Shown: piece by piece, positions 50,344 to 64,000 of the stretch
Position numbering within the stretch: the first letter of the stretch is position 1
Layout: every line of letters begins with the position of its first letter
From: Octopus vulgaris
Taxonomy: Eukaryota
Assembly (NCBI GenBank): GCA_951406725.2
Contig: OX597814.1
Span: 28,582,001-28,646,000, forward strand
Length of the DNA stretch: 64,000 nt
Reading direction: 5' to 3'
Position numbers and translations under genes: made by a program
Notes under the pieces: generated by a model
The model's database searches: none
Told to the model about the DNA's origin: nothing
The model's input: the letters and a program-made list of their open reading frames with translations, nothing else

Positions 50344-50900
50344 CAGACATATGCATTAGTTTAACGCTCGAGAAGTGAGAAAGTCTTTTACGCTTCGAGC
50401 CTACGCTCTTCTACAGAAAGGAACACAGAGATAAACAGGGAGAGAAAATAGAAAAGGTTTGGTGGCTAGCGATATATCATGGCGAATGCCGGACAGAGGG
50501 ATCACACAGGAGTGCTAGGAAGAAGGGGATATAATAAAGTAGTGGTGATCCAAAAACGAAGGTGTGCGTGTGTATGTGAGAGCGTGTATGTGCGTGTTGA
50601 AGGTGGCTGGTGACCTTGACGTGTGCGTGTGTACACGTGTAGGTGTGTGGTTGATGGTGTAGGTGCAGGGAATTGGTCAGTGCTAGTGTGTGCGGGATAG
50701 TGTGTTGTGGTATTGTGGTGTGGTGGTATTGGGGTGTGGGGGAGGTGAGAGTGGAGTAAGCAAGGGTGGGGTATAAGGGATGGGGTGGGGTGGGATAGGA
50801 TATATAGGGTTGGAATGTGTAGGGGTGGGGTAACGAGGGAGGGGTGACGATGAAAAGAGAGGGTGGAAGGGAGAAGGTGGGTAGAAGTGAAGAGAGGAAG
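50341..50900 (-). mobile_element. PLE-like terminal fragment (same family as 17385-17625) with hammerhead-like motif
   Basis: 50341-50435 aligns to 17427-17525; right boundary is low-complexity and uncertain. Confidence 0.6.
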
Positions 50901-51224
50901 TAGGTGTCAGTGTCTGTGTGTATGCGTACATACATATGTGCATAATGAAGTGTATACACAGAGGTGCGAATAAAATTTGCTGGCACACCTAAGACGACAA
51001 ACACGTCATCTGTAGATTTAAGAAGGACACTGGCGTACACCTTGCATTTCAATATCACCTCATCTGTTTACAAACATCACTCATATACTTTCAGGAACCC
51101 ACGCACACGTACTTAGGCATTACATAAATATGCAGGCCACTAAGTCGATATCTAAATCAACAAACTCCTTCACACAAACACACACACACATACACCGACG
51201 CACATATATATAAGCCCACTCATA

Positions 51225-51294
<70 letters not shown>

Positions 51295-51440
51295 CAGAAG
51301 TTTAGTTAGCAAGAATTTAGTAGATATATATATAAGTTTCTAATAAACAAATATAAACCCAGACATTGGTAAATGTATATAAACTTGCTGGTATACTAAT
51401 AAATAAAATCTCTTGCATACATATACTTCCATAGGTACAT

Positions 51441-51478
<38 letters not shown>

Positions 51479-51756
51479 ACACACACACACAAAAACACAC
51501 ACACACATGCGCGCGCACATACAAACACATAGAGTCTCCGTCTGTCTGTTACTGTCACCCTGTCTTTCTCTGTTTCTCTTTCTCTCTCGTTCATGCCCAC
51601 ACGCATGATATAATACAGACACGCACACACAGCATTAGCAAATACAGCTGCAAATGAATTTTGTGCGTGTGTGCGTGCGTGCGTGTGTGTATATATGTAT
51701 GTGTGTATATGAGAAAAAAATAAAAGAATCAAAAGTCCTTCTTACTCGGCGGGTTA

Positions 51757-51787
<31 letters not shown>

Positions 51788-51788
<1 letters not shown>

Positions 51789-52867
51789 GTAACAGAAAGG
51801 GATGTATTTCGATTATCTCCACGTGGTGAGTTGTCATATGTATAAGAAATTAAAGAAGGAAAACGCACACACATTATAAAGTTTTGATATAATTTTTAAT
51901 ATATCTTGTATTGTGTTTGTCGACCGGTTTCGCTTTCGCTAACCCTGACATTAAAATTTATTTAAATACGTATTTTCTTAATAAAAAAATTTTTTGTCCA
52001 TGTTGTGCGTGGAGTTTATGAATGGATGATTTAACAAGTAGAAAAATATAAGGGGAGGTAATTGGATATCATTATTGTGGAGAGGGGAGGTAATTGCTCA
52101 TCTTTCGGTGGTCGTGGGAGTATATATATATATATATACAGACACAAAAATTCAACAACTAGAGTAATGGGGAGAAGTATGTACAGTAATCGGTATGTAA
52201 TCGGGAATTAAAATATGTATAGAGATCAAAGTTGGTTATGCGTGCATTTTTAGACATTTTCTATACTTTTCGATGAATAAATTTTCTTTATTTAAACGTT
52301 CTTGTAAAGAAATTGTATCTTTGTACTGGTAGAAGGGGGAAATTGTGAAATTCAGTTTGCTGTTACCTGCACATCTCTATGTGCTCACTTAAAGGAATTT
52401 GTATTGCAGGAACTGGATCTGCTCTTTATGTAGAGTGGTTCTCCGCCTCAATGTCAGACTCGTCTGTCCTATATAGTGATGTCCACAAGCAGAACAGGTT
52501 ATTACATAAATTAGGTTCTCAAAGACACAAGTGAAGCTTTTTATATCTAATTTCTTGGCACGCTTAATTCCATCCTATATACGTAAAGGTGGATATGGTC
52601 TTTCAGTTAGTGTTGTTTTGAGGTCTTGAAGACGAAGTTCCTGAGTAGTTCTATCAGACAATAGTGTGCAAATCCTTTTTGACAAATTAAAGGGGATATT
52701 TATTTTGATGTCTTTCGGGTGGCATGAGCTAAAAAGGAAATATTATTTCGAGTTGTTTCATGATAGATTATGGTTAGCGACAGCGAAGCCGGTCGAAAAC
52801 ACAATACAAGATATATTAAAAATTATATTAAAACGATATAAAGTGTGTGCATTTTCCTTCTTTAATT

Positions 52868-52873
<6 letters not shown>
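51788..52873 (-). mobile_element. Penelope-like retroelement relic (RT thumb plus GIY-YIG endonuclease) with inverted terminal arm
   Basis: Minus strand 52758-52230: YFLFSSCHPKDIKINIPFNLSKRIC..RLQDL..RPYP.. / FTCVFENLIYVITCSACGHHYIGQTSLTLRRR..HKEQI..PLSEH..ERLNKENLFI. Arms 51840-51944 and 52771-52873 are inverted; (TA)n on both sides. Confidence 0.9.
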
Positions 52874-52959
<86 letters not shown>

Positions 52960-52960
<1 letters not shown>

Positions 52961-53362
52961 CAGGTGAGATGGCTGAGTTTCTTTCGAACGGGCCTCACGG
53001 AAGCGAGATGGCCGAGATCCTTTCGAGCGTTGGGCCTGATGGAGGCATAGTGGCTGAGCTCCTTTTGAGTGTTGGGCCTCACGGAGGCAATGACCAAGAC
53101 CTTCGGCATTATGTCGTGCTTGAGATAAGACACATCAAGACCAGCAAAATCGCAGTCGTGGCAGATATCGTTGTCACACAATGGCATCCGTGCCGATGGC
53201 ACGTAAAAGCACTCATTACGCTATCGAAGTGGTTGGCAATAGGAAGAGCATCCAGCCGTAGAAAACCATGCCAAATCAGATTGGATCCTGGCCCAGTCTT
53301 CCAGCGTGCCAGCCCAGTCATACCGTCCAACCCATGGACAACGGATAATGATAATGATAATA
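52960..53362 (+). mobile_element. Retroposon 3' fragment with about 42-bp tandem repeat x3 (52965-53090) and (GATAAT)n tail
   Basis: tggc(t/c)gag.t.ctttcgagcgttgggcctcacggaggc repeats; the ggcacgtaaaagcac..gtggttggc..taggaag.gcatccagccgtag block resembles RTE/SINE conserved domains. Confidence 0.65.
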
Positions 53363-53387
53363 TGAATATATATATATCACCATCACC

Positions 53388-53658
53388 ATCACGTGACCGA
53401 CCAGTCCATCAGATGTAGTTCGCATTGTTTTAGCCTTCGAATGACGCCACCCCGCTGGCTAAGCGAGCAGGCCAACAGAAGAAAGAGTGGGAGAAAGAGC
53501 GGTGAAAGAGTACAGCAGGGATCACCACCCCCTGCCGGAGCCTCGTGGAGCTTTTAGGTGTTTTCGCTCAGTAAACACTCACAACGCCCGGTCTGGGAAT
53601 CGAAACCGCGATCTTACGACCGCGAGTCCGCTGCCCTAACCACTAGGCCATTGCGCCT

Positions 53659-53662
<4 letters not shown>
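53388..53662 (-). mobile_element. SINE family B head with tail type 2
   Basis: Reverse complement of 14651-14950 with a small deletion. Confidence 0.9.
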
Positions 53663-53722
<60 letters not shown>

Positions 53723-53749
53723 GTATAGTGTATATATATTATATATATA

Positions 53750-53845
<96 letters not shown>

Positions 53846-54154
53846 ATAAAGTATATCATACGCGAATTATTTGAAACAGACGAAGAAAGATGCCTGATAT
53901 CATACATAAAATGCACAGGATTTAATAAAATCTGTTACTTCATAAATTCTTCAGTATGTTCTTATCACAAACTTAGATAACATTTATCATTTACGAACCA
54001 TTTAGAAGTAATACTCGTGTAATATCTGTTATAACACCAACAATTATTATTATTATCAGTGTTGTTGTTACTGTTGTTGTTCTTGTAATTGATATTTTCA
54101 TACTTTTATTTTTGTTGTTGTTATTGTTATAACTATTATTACTACCACCACAAA

Positions 54155-54525
54155 AGGCGGCGAGCTGGCAGAAACGTTACCACGCCGGGCGAAATGCGTA
54201 GCCGTATTTCGTCTGCCGTTACGTTCTGAGTTCAAATTCCGCCGAGGTCGACTTTGCCTTTCATCCTTACAGGGTCGATTAAATAAGTACCAGTTACACA
54301 CTGGGGTCGATATCATCGACTTCATCCGTTTGTCTGTCCTTGTTTGTCCTCTGTGTTTAGCCCCTTGTGGGTAGTAAAGTCTGTCGCTACATTCTGAGTT
54401 CAAATTCCGCCGAGGTCAGCTTTGCCATTCATCATTTCGGGGTCGATAAATTAAGTATCAGGGGTTGATGTAATCAACTTATCTCTCCTCTATAATTTCA
54501 GGCCCTTGTTCCTACAGTAGAAAGG

Positions 54526-54527
<2 letters not shown>
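54155..54527 (+). mobile_element. SINE family C dimer (two tail types)
   Basis: Consensus match. Confidence 0.88.
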
Positions 54528-54591
<64 letters not shown>

Positions 54592-55106
54592 GAGTGAGAG
54601 AGCAGTGCATGCCATCAATGTGACACTGGGGTAATATATACGAAGCTCAGTATAACCATCATGACTACCTGTCTGATAAGGGTACACCAAGCACATGCAT
54701 AACAACCATATATGCACGACATGGTCATTTCATATCAAGATAAATAGTGCATGGTCTTCTAGGTGGGGCCCAGTTAGAATTTTCTCTGGTCGAGTAACCC
54801 ATCCCGCTCAAAAGGTCCATGAATAAGGATTGTTTAAGGATGTTGAACGAACCACCCATATTATCCAAACCTCTAAGAATTCCTTTCAACACACAGCTCG
54901 TGTTCAGAGATGCACATAACGTCATCCACTAAGGGACATGCTCAACTGGTTATGGTCAAACAACTGACAAGCAAATCTGTGGAATTGAACAGAATATTTG
55001 TTGTAGCCCATCTTTTATATTAAGACAAAACAATGTACATGGTAATACTTCCAATCAGTTAAGATCGAAGCCATAAGAGACACTGTGTGGTACTGCATCA
55101 GGGCAT
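54592..55106. mobile_element. About 515-bp non-coding insert bounded by (ATT)n on both sides; probable non-autonomous (AAT)n-targeting retroposon
   Basis: Sharp composition change; (att)n at 54527-54591 and 55107-55128; single copy here, so family status is inferred. Confidence 0.5.
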
Positions 55107-55231
55107 TTATTATTATTATTATTATTATTTAGATAAAAATATCAACAAGAAAATATTGGAGTTTAAAACATATTAAACAAAACCGATAGCGATAAAGACG
55201 AAGAGAGAAGGAAGTATGTGACGATGAATAG

Positions 55232-55269
<38 letters not shown>

Positions 55270-55405
55270 TACGACAAAGAAATAGGAAGTAAATATCTTC
55301 AAATTAGAAACATGAACCTCTTGCTAAGACGAGCGTAGTTACTGGTGATCTAGGTGAGTGGAAGTTAAATACCAAGAGATTCCGTTTCCTTTCATCACCC
55401 CTTAC

Positions 55406-55488
55406 CTGCCCATCCATTGCTGTCAAGAATTCACGTTGCGTTTCTTCTTCCGTTACTGGGTCCATATCCAACACTCTTTCCAATGCAC
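55406..55488 (-). CDS. Candidate host-gene exon (83 bp), xALERVLDMDPVTEEETQREFLTAMDGQ; product unknown
   Basis: Acceptor ttttgtttggcag|, donor CAG|gtaagg, open frame, non-repetitive and more GC-rich than its flanks. Confidence 0.55.
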
Positions 55489-55601
55489 CTGCCAAACAAA
55501 ATTGTTGAACAGACAAGAATATATGAATGTGAGTAAGCAAACACTTCTCATCATTACACACACATGCGCGCACACACGGACACACATACGCGCGCACGTG
55601 C

Positions 55602-55644
<43 letters not shown>

Positions 55645-55814
55645 GTATATAAATACATATTATATTTATATATATATATATATATATATACATACATGTA
55701 TATAATCAAAATAAGCAACAGGATATCAAGTAGTGATGCAGTACGACCGTTTCAAGCGGCTCAATTTAATTGAATAAGATAATCATTACGTCAATTTAAA
55801 TGCAGTGCCATCAG

Positions 55815-55898
<84 letters not shown>

Positions 55899-56174
55899 TT
55901 ATATATATTTATATATATGTATATATATATAAATATATATACATACACACACATATATATAAAATACACATTAAGTACAGGATATCACTTTCGTTCGTTC
56001 AATCGAACTGGGGAGAGAGAGAGAGGGGGAGGAAAGAGGGAACGAGTTAGTAAGAGAGTGAGTGGATGAGCGTGACTGAATGAGAGTGAAAGAAAGTGAG
56101 AGGAAGTGAGTGAATAAGGGAGAAAGAGGTGATGTGTGAGCTGCTTCTAGCATGCTTCTCCTTGAACAACTCAT

Positions 56175-56226
56175 TTTTTTTTCTAGTTTCAGCTCAGAGC
56201 TGCGGCCATACTGATGCACCGCCGTT
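56175..56226 (-). mobile_element. Isolated 3' tip of the 17977-18680 type LINE
   Basis: Minus strand ggcggtgcatcagtatggccgcagctctgagctgaaactagaaaaaaa. Confidence 0.7.
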
Positions 56227-56839
56227 TAAATATATTTGATCAATCTACTACTCTTTCTCTCGATATTCATACATTTAACTTCTGGGATCTCTACTAAATA
56301 CTAACACTTCGAGACAGTATCCTTCAAGAAGACGCTACCTAAAGATATTTTCCTAGCAATCAAATTTTCTGTGCATTTCCTACTATATACCTCACCATTC
56401 TTAAAGCCTAAAGCTACACATTCAAAGCTATATGGAACAAACTTCGTTGTGTAGTGTTTAGCTTTGAGCTGAACACTTGTTTCTGACAGCCGAGTCTTAG
56501 CCTTTAGCTGATTTGTCAAATAATGTTGGTTATAGAAAAATAAAACTAAATACGGCACCGTCTTGTTACAATTTACGACAATAGGTTTTAGTTCTTCTTT
56601 AATTTCTTCCTTAAACTACAAGTTCTGAAGAAAAAAAAAACAAAACAAAACAAAATGATTGTTTCTTCGTCCTTCAGTGTTTGAACGAGTAAAATTTTGG
56701 TTGGCAAAGGAAGCAGGGAACGCTGAATTGACCAAGAGACAGAAATTTGATGTTTCTGAGATCAAACCATCTAAACCGAAAAATAAGACAAATTTTCTTA
56801 AGAGATGTATTAACCTGACTGGTAAACTCTAAACTTAAC

Positions 56840-57070
56840 TCTCTTTTACTTGTTTTAGTCATTTGACTGTGGCCATGCTGGGGCACCGCCTTTTAGTCCA
56901 GCAAATCGACCCCAGGACTTATTCTTTGTAAGCGTAGTATTTATTCTATCGGTCTCTTTTGCCGAACCGCTAAGTTACGGGGACGTAAACACACCAGCAT
57001 CGGTTTTCAAGCGATGTGGGTGGGTGGGTGGGTGGCAAACACAGACACACAAACATATACACACACACAT

Positions 57071-57113
<43 letters not shown>

Positions 57114-57279
57114 CGACGGTCTTCTTTCAGTTTCCGTCTACCAAATCCACTCACAGGGCTTTGGTCGGCCCGAAGCTATATAGCTGAAGACACTTGCCCA
57201 AGGTGCCACGCAGTGGGACTGAACCCGGAACCATGTCGTTCGTAAGCAAGCCACTTACCACACAGCCACTCCTACGCCT
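56840..57279 (-). mobile_element. SINE family A, full length
   Basis: Consensus match. Confidence 0.93.
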
Positions 57280-57532
57280 ACTCCTTAATATATTTAAAAC
57301 AAAACTTTGATATAGACAGGCACAGTTATCATTTTTTTCTGCATTGTAATTAACAACAGTAATGTTTTCTGAAACATTAAAAGACACAAAATATATTCTC
57401 ATTGATTTCATTGTTCAGGGTTTTAGTTGCGGGATTAACAGGGCTATTTATTCATTAACTTGTAACTTTTGAGCCTGAATTTTCCACAGAAATTTGTACC
57501 CTTCAAGGAACCTTCGGGTAACATCAGCATGA

Positions 57533-58116
57533 GTGGAGTTGCAATGGCCCTGGTGGTTAGCGCAGCGTACTGGCGGTCGTAAGAACGCGGCTTCGATTCC
57601 CAGACCGGGCATTGTGAGTGTTTATTGAGCAAAAGCACCTAAGGTCCACGAGGCTCCAGCGGGGGAGTGTGGTGAAACCCGCTGTATTCTTTCACCACAA
57701 CTTTCTCTCACTCTTTCTTCCAACTTCTGCCACAAAGCAGAGGAACCATGGTGTAACCTACTATGGTGTGGTAAACTTTCAGACCCTAGTCTAGATTGCG
57801 AATCCTCTGTACCCCAGGATGGTTCAGCTCTCCACCCGTTAAAAGCTACCGTTTACGGAATGAGGATAACAATGTAGCTTTCGCGCCCGTGCAACAACCA
57901 GTCTATCGCGTGTGGTGGGTGGATCTTCAAGTTGCCACACGCATTCTTAGTAGCTTAGAGGAGGCTCGAATCAGAGATTATTCTTTGTGGCTAATGGCGT
58001 GAGTCCTGATTGGAAGAAGAAGAAGAAGAAGAAGAAGAAGAAGAAGAAGAAGAAGAAGAAGAAGAAGAAGAAGAAGAAGAAGAAGAAGAAGAAGAAGAAG
58101 AAGAAGAAGAAGAAGA
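57533..58116 (+). mobile_element. SINE family B head with tail type 4 ending in (GAA)n
   Basis: B head to 57720, unique 290 bp, then about 35 GAA units (58012-58116). Linkage of body and tail is inferred. Confidence 0.65.
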
Positions 58117-58562
58117 CAGCAACACAAGCCCACTCATCCAGCTGATATCTTCTTACTGTGGTTGAACTCCCAGAGCCCACAATATACCATACTCCTTGTC
58201 CTTTCTCCACCCAGAATATTCATTCATACGCACTAATCAAAGGTAAGATCTATGAAACTGACGGAGGTAAAAAGATGCAGAAACTATGAATCATCAGCTA
58301 TATCCCAGATGACGAGCTCCTACACAGTTTACCGTTTCTGATAATTTTTCGGTCATAAGGCTTATTGCGCAACAAGGCCTGGTCTCCGATTCAGAAGCGC
58401 TCCATATGAAGGGCTTCAGCACAATTATCGTCAATCCAGTTTGCCTGGAGGATAGCTGTACATAAAATGACCCACAATATGATTATAGTTTACAGAATTG
58501 TTTGCCTGCTATAAGAGCAGAATAAATTAACTGCAGTAACCAATAATAGGTTTTTCAGTTAG

Positions 58563-58976
58563 TTACTCTCTCTCTTTACTCTTTTACTTGTTTCAGTCAT
58601 TTGACTGCGGCCATGCTGGAGCACCGCCTTTAATCGAGCAAATCGACCCCAGGAATTATTCTTTGTAAGCCCAGTACTTATTCTATCGGTCTCTTTTGCC
58701 GAACCGCTAAGTAACGGGGACGAAAACACACCAGCATCAGTTGTCAAGCAATGCTAGGGGGACAAACACAAACATACACACACACACACATATACATATA
58801 TATACATATATACGACAGGCTTCTTTCAGTTTCCGTCTACCAAATCCACTCACAAGGCTTTGGTCGGCCCGAAGCTATAGTAGAAGACACTTGCCCAAGG
58901 TGCCACGCAGTGGGACTGAACCCGGAACCATGTGGTCGGTAAACAAGCTACTTACCACACAGCCACTCCTGCGCCT
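58563..58976 (-). mobile_element. SINE family A, full length
   Basis: Consensus match. Confidence 0.95.
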
Positions 58977-59474
58977 AGGAGAGAAAATAAATATAAAAAG
59001 AATTATGCCAGAATACTACGAAGGGGAAAATAAATAATTGTGGGAGGAAATAACTGCAAATTATATGTGACAAGCTACCGTGATTTAGGTTTCAACCGTG
59101 GTGAGAGTTATGGGCAAGAATGATTTTAAAATTTGTAAAGGGAAAGGAAGTAAAGTTATACAGAGGTGCCGTGATATAGTTTGAAACAGAACCTGTCTCA
59201 GTTATGTGTTAAATAAGCACAAAGTAAATGAAATTATGTTTGTGGTGGTATATAAATGTTTGTGAAAACGTCCGTAAGTTATCCATCATTGTTTACCCAC
59301 CATTCTCTGTTGAAATGTAATCTCTGTTAGAAAAAAAATTCTCGTTTCCGTCATGTTGGAACATGATCTAGACAGGTAATGTCGCCTTATTTTCTGGTCT
59401 AAATGATGTGATATTATTTCCGGACTTGAACAGATTTCCACCCCCACCTCTCTCTCTCTCTCTCTCTCACTCCC

Positions 59475-59515
<41 letters not shown>

Positions 59516-59554
59516 CACGAATTCATGTGTGTATATCTATAGATAGATAGATAG

Positions 59555-59703
<149 letters not shown>

Positions 59704-59799
59704 TAAATAGATAGGTAGGTAGACAGAGGGAGAGAGAGATAGGGAGAAAGAGAGAGAGAATGTTTTATGAAAAGAAGAATGGGGATATTATTGACGAGC

Positions 59800-60014
59800 A
59801 GGGATAATCGCTATCGCGACGGACAAAATGCTCAGCATCCTTTCGAGGTCGATAAAATAAGTACTAGTTGAGCCCTGGGGTCGACATAACCATCTTCCTT
59901 CTCACTAGAATTGCTAACCTTGAGCCAAAATTTGAAAGAATTATTATTATTATTATTAGTAGTAGTAGTAGTAGTAGTAGTAGGAGGAGGAGGAGGAGGA
60001 GGAGTAGTAGTACT

Positions 60015-60082
<68 letters not shown>

Positions 60083-60092
60083 CAGCAGCAGC

Positions 60093-60159
<67 letters not shown>

Positions 60160-60362
60160 TTAAGCCGGCGAGCTAGCAGAATCATTAACACACCGGACAC
60201 AATGCTTAGTGGCATTTTGTATATATATATATCTGAGTACATGTACATATATATATATATAAAGTGCCAGTTTCCCACTGGGGTCGATGTAATCGACTTA
60301 ATCCCTTTGTCTGTGCATGTTTGTCCCCTCTATGTTTAGCCCCTTGTGGGCAGTAAAGAAAT
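59800..60362 (+). mobile_element. Two degraded SINE family C copies separated by a compound (TTA/TAG/GAG/CAG)n tract (59940-60160)
   Basis: catcctttcgaggtcgataaaataagtac and ggcgagctagcaga..ggggtcgatgtaatcgac..gtaaagaaat. Confidence 0.8.
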
Positions 60363-60767
60363 ATATAAATATATATATATATATATTTACGCATATGCAA
60401 ACATGCACATATATACGTTAATATGCATACACACATATACTACGTATGTGCGTGCGAACTTATACATGCATATTTATTTACTTCGTATCTATTTGCATGT
60501 ATGCTGTTTGTCAGATCAATGGAATGTTGAACTTATTGGTATGGACTTTTGAGGCGACTTACATAACGTGTTAGTGCTAAAATGTCACCTATTGGTAAGG
60601 AATTATCTCTTGTATAGGTCATCCATCTATCCATCAATTTTCATCAAAGAATGGAATGAGAGACAAAAGAAGGAAAAGATAAAGGGGTGGTAGAGAAAGA
60701 ATTGTAGAGAGAAAGAATTGTAGAGAGAAAGAGAAAGTTATAAAAAGAGAGAGTGCGTGAGAAAGAG

Positions 60768-60854
<87 letters not shown>

Positions 60855-61348
60855 ACGACAGAGCATGTTTAAGTCTCGAAGGCGTGTTGATAGGCTGATA
60901 GAAAGAGGAGTTGGAAAAAGATACGTATATTAAAGAATATCTGTAAGGATTGGTGTAAGAGTAAGTAAAGGGAACTGAGATAAGGGGTTAAAAGGATACA
61001 GGGTTACAGGTTTGGCAGATAGGAACGACAAGAAAATCGAAAGTAGGAATAAAGAGTAAAACAAAATGAGGAGAATTGATGAGAAGGGCTTGCATCCATA
61101 CATAATGCACAACGGTTTATTTATACACGTTATGTAATGGCTCAATGTCATGGGCGGTACAAAAGCATTTGTAAATTACACAAGTTTATACATACATGTA
61201 CATAGATACATACATGCATAACGCATACGCATATGTACACGCTGTTACTTACCCATGTATTTTAAGTGATACAAATTGTAATTAATGACATTCGCATCAG
61301 TGCATAGTTTCTTGAGCGGATTCAGGATATTCTTTCTACAAATGGTGG

Positions 61349-61736
61349 TGGAAGCACTCCGTCGGTTACGATGATGAGGGTTCCGGTTGATCCGAATCAA
61401 CGGAACAGCCTGCTCGTGAAATTAACGTGTAAGTGGCTGAGCACTCCACAGACACGTGTACCCTTAACGTAGTTCTCGGGGATATTCAGCGTGACACACA
61501 GAGTAACAAGGCCGGCCCTTTTTTGAAATACAGGTACAACAGAAACAGGAAGTAAGAGTGAGAGAAAGTTGTGGTGAAAGAGTACAGCAGGGATCACCAC
61601 CATCCCCTGCCGGAGCCTCGTGGAGCTTTAGGTGTTTTCGCTCAATAAACACTCACAACGCCCGGTCTGGGAATCGTAACAGCGATCCTATGACCGCGAA
61701 TCCGCTGCCCTAACCACTGGGCCATTGCGCCTCCAC
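61349..61736 (-). mobile_element. SINE family B, tail type 1, full length with TSD
   Basis: TSD tttctacaaat at 61333-61343 and 61740-61750. Confidence 0.94.
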
Positions 61737-61873
61737 ATATTTCTACAAATATAACACAACGAACTGCATCATTATCAGCTTGTTGTCTCTGGCTTGCAGA
61801 AAGCGGTGTTCAATTAAATACCGTTGAATAAATACGCTTGGTGCGCATATGAAAAGATAACTCAATACGTAAA

Positions 61874-61939
<66 letters not shown>

Positions 61940-62161
61940 TAAACCTCGCTAAGATAAATATTTCAATTAACCTGAAGATTGACTGTAACCATAACTCGAA
62001 TTATTACGAATTGTACAGCCATGAAACGATCGTAGTGTTTTACTCTTTATCTTTTATTAAACTTTTAATACTTTTGATATATATTTAAAATAATATAAAT
62101 GATTTAATTTTATGTATTGGCTTATGTTTTTCATTGTTTGATTTGCCTAATAGTGGTTTTA

Positions 62162-62220
<59 letters not shown>

Positions 62221-62438
62221 TCAAGGTGGTGCTCCAGCATGGCTGTAGCCAAGTGAATCATATAAGTAAAAGAACAACAGAATAAAAGAACATATATATA
62301 TATATACATACATATGTATACAATTATATATGCGTGTGTGTATACACATATACATGTGTGTGCATGTATGTATGTATGTGTGCGTGTGTATACATACATA
62401 CATACATACATACATACATACATACATACATACATACA

Positions 62439-62472
<34 letters not shown>

Positions 62473-62480
62473 CACACACA

Positions 62481-63483
<1,003 letters not shown>

Positions 63484-64000
63484 ATGTTTTGCAAACAACT
63501 TGCACATGCAAGTGCTACCGAATATAAAATATAAACTATAAAAAATATAGAATCTTTAAAGAAATGTATAAAGGATATATAAATATATTAAGAATATAAA
63601 ATATATAAAAGTATAAAAACTACAAAAGTAAAGGGATATAAAAATATAGAAAATACAAAAACAATATTAAAAAGTAATATAAAAATAAATATATATAAAT
63701 TCATAAAAGTATGTATGAACAGAAAAAGATTATAACAAAATTTTTATTATAAATAAATAGTGAGAGATAAAAAAATAAATATACCAAAATTAATATAAAT
63801 AAAGCTAAAAGTGGGAAAAGGTTTGATGAATGTTTGTAAGTTATACAATAAAAACACATAAAATAAAACACATAAAATAAAACATATAAAAACAGATAAA
63901 ATAATAATGGCCCTTTGAGGATATATTTTGTACTTAGGGGAGGCGCGAAAATTTTAAAAATCACTTGTAGTAAAGATAAAAGCATATTTTGTATGAATCA

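Noticed and set aside
52666-53418. 250-aa plus-strand ORF with short repeats
   Set aside because: Spans PLE antisense, (TA)n and a 42-bp tandem repeat of a retroposon.

Overview
AT-rich, microsatellite-dense eukaryotic DNA. From its tRNA-derived SINE families and repeat landscape it is most likely an octopus (coleoid cephalopod) intron or intergenic region; this is an inference. There is no intact gene, tRNA, rRNA or CRISPR array, and almost all ORFs in the track are microsatellite artefacts. The window holds more than 45 SINE copies in three main families (called A, B and C here), CR1/L2-group LINE fragments, two R4/Dong-clade retrotransposon relics in (AAT)n, Penelope-like elements (PLEs), mariner and maT relics, non-autonomous Helitrons and a long-TIR MITE carrying TTAGGG repeats. 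One short minus-strand host exon is plausible (55406-55488). The most striking pattern is a recurrent architecture, (TA)n - unique tail - arm - spacer - inverted arm - (TA)n, seen four times. One instance retains Penelope RT and GIY-YIG coding remnants, two carry hammerhead-ribozyme-like motifs in both arms, and two form near-perfect 108-170 bp hairpins. Other observations: modular head/tail shuffling among SINEs, a covarying 3' stem-loop shared by SINE A and CR1-like LINEs, SINE multimers with a recurrent junction, and a garbled inverted copy of a LINE locus that may be an assembly artefact. All alignments were made by eye, so boundaries are approximate.
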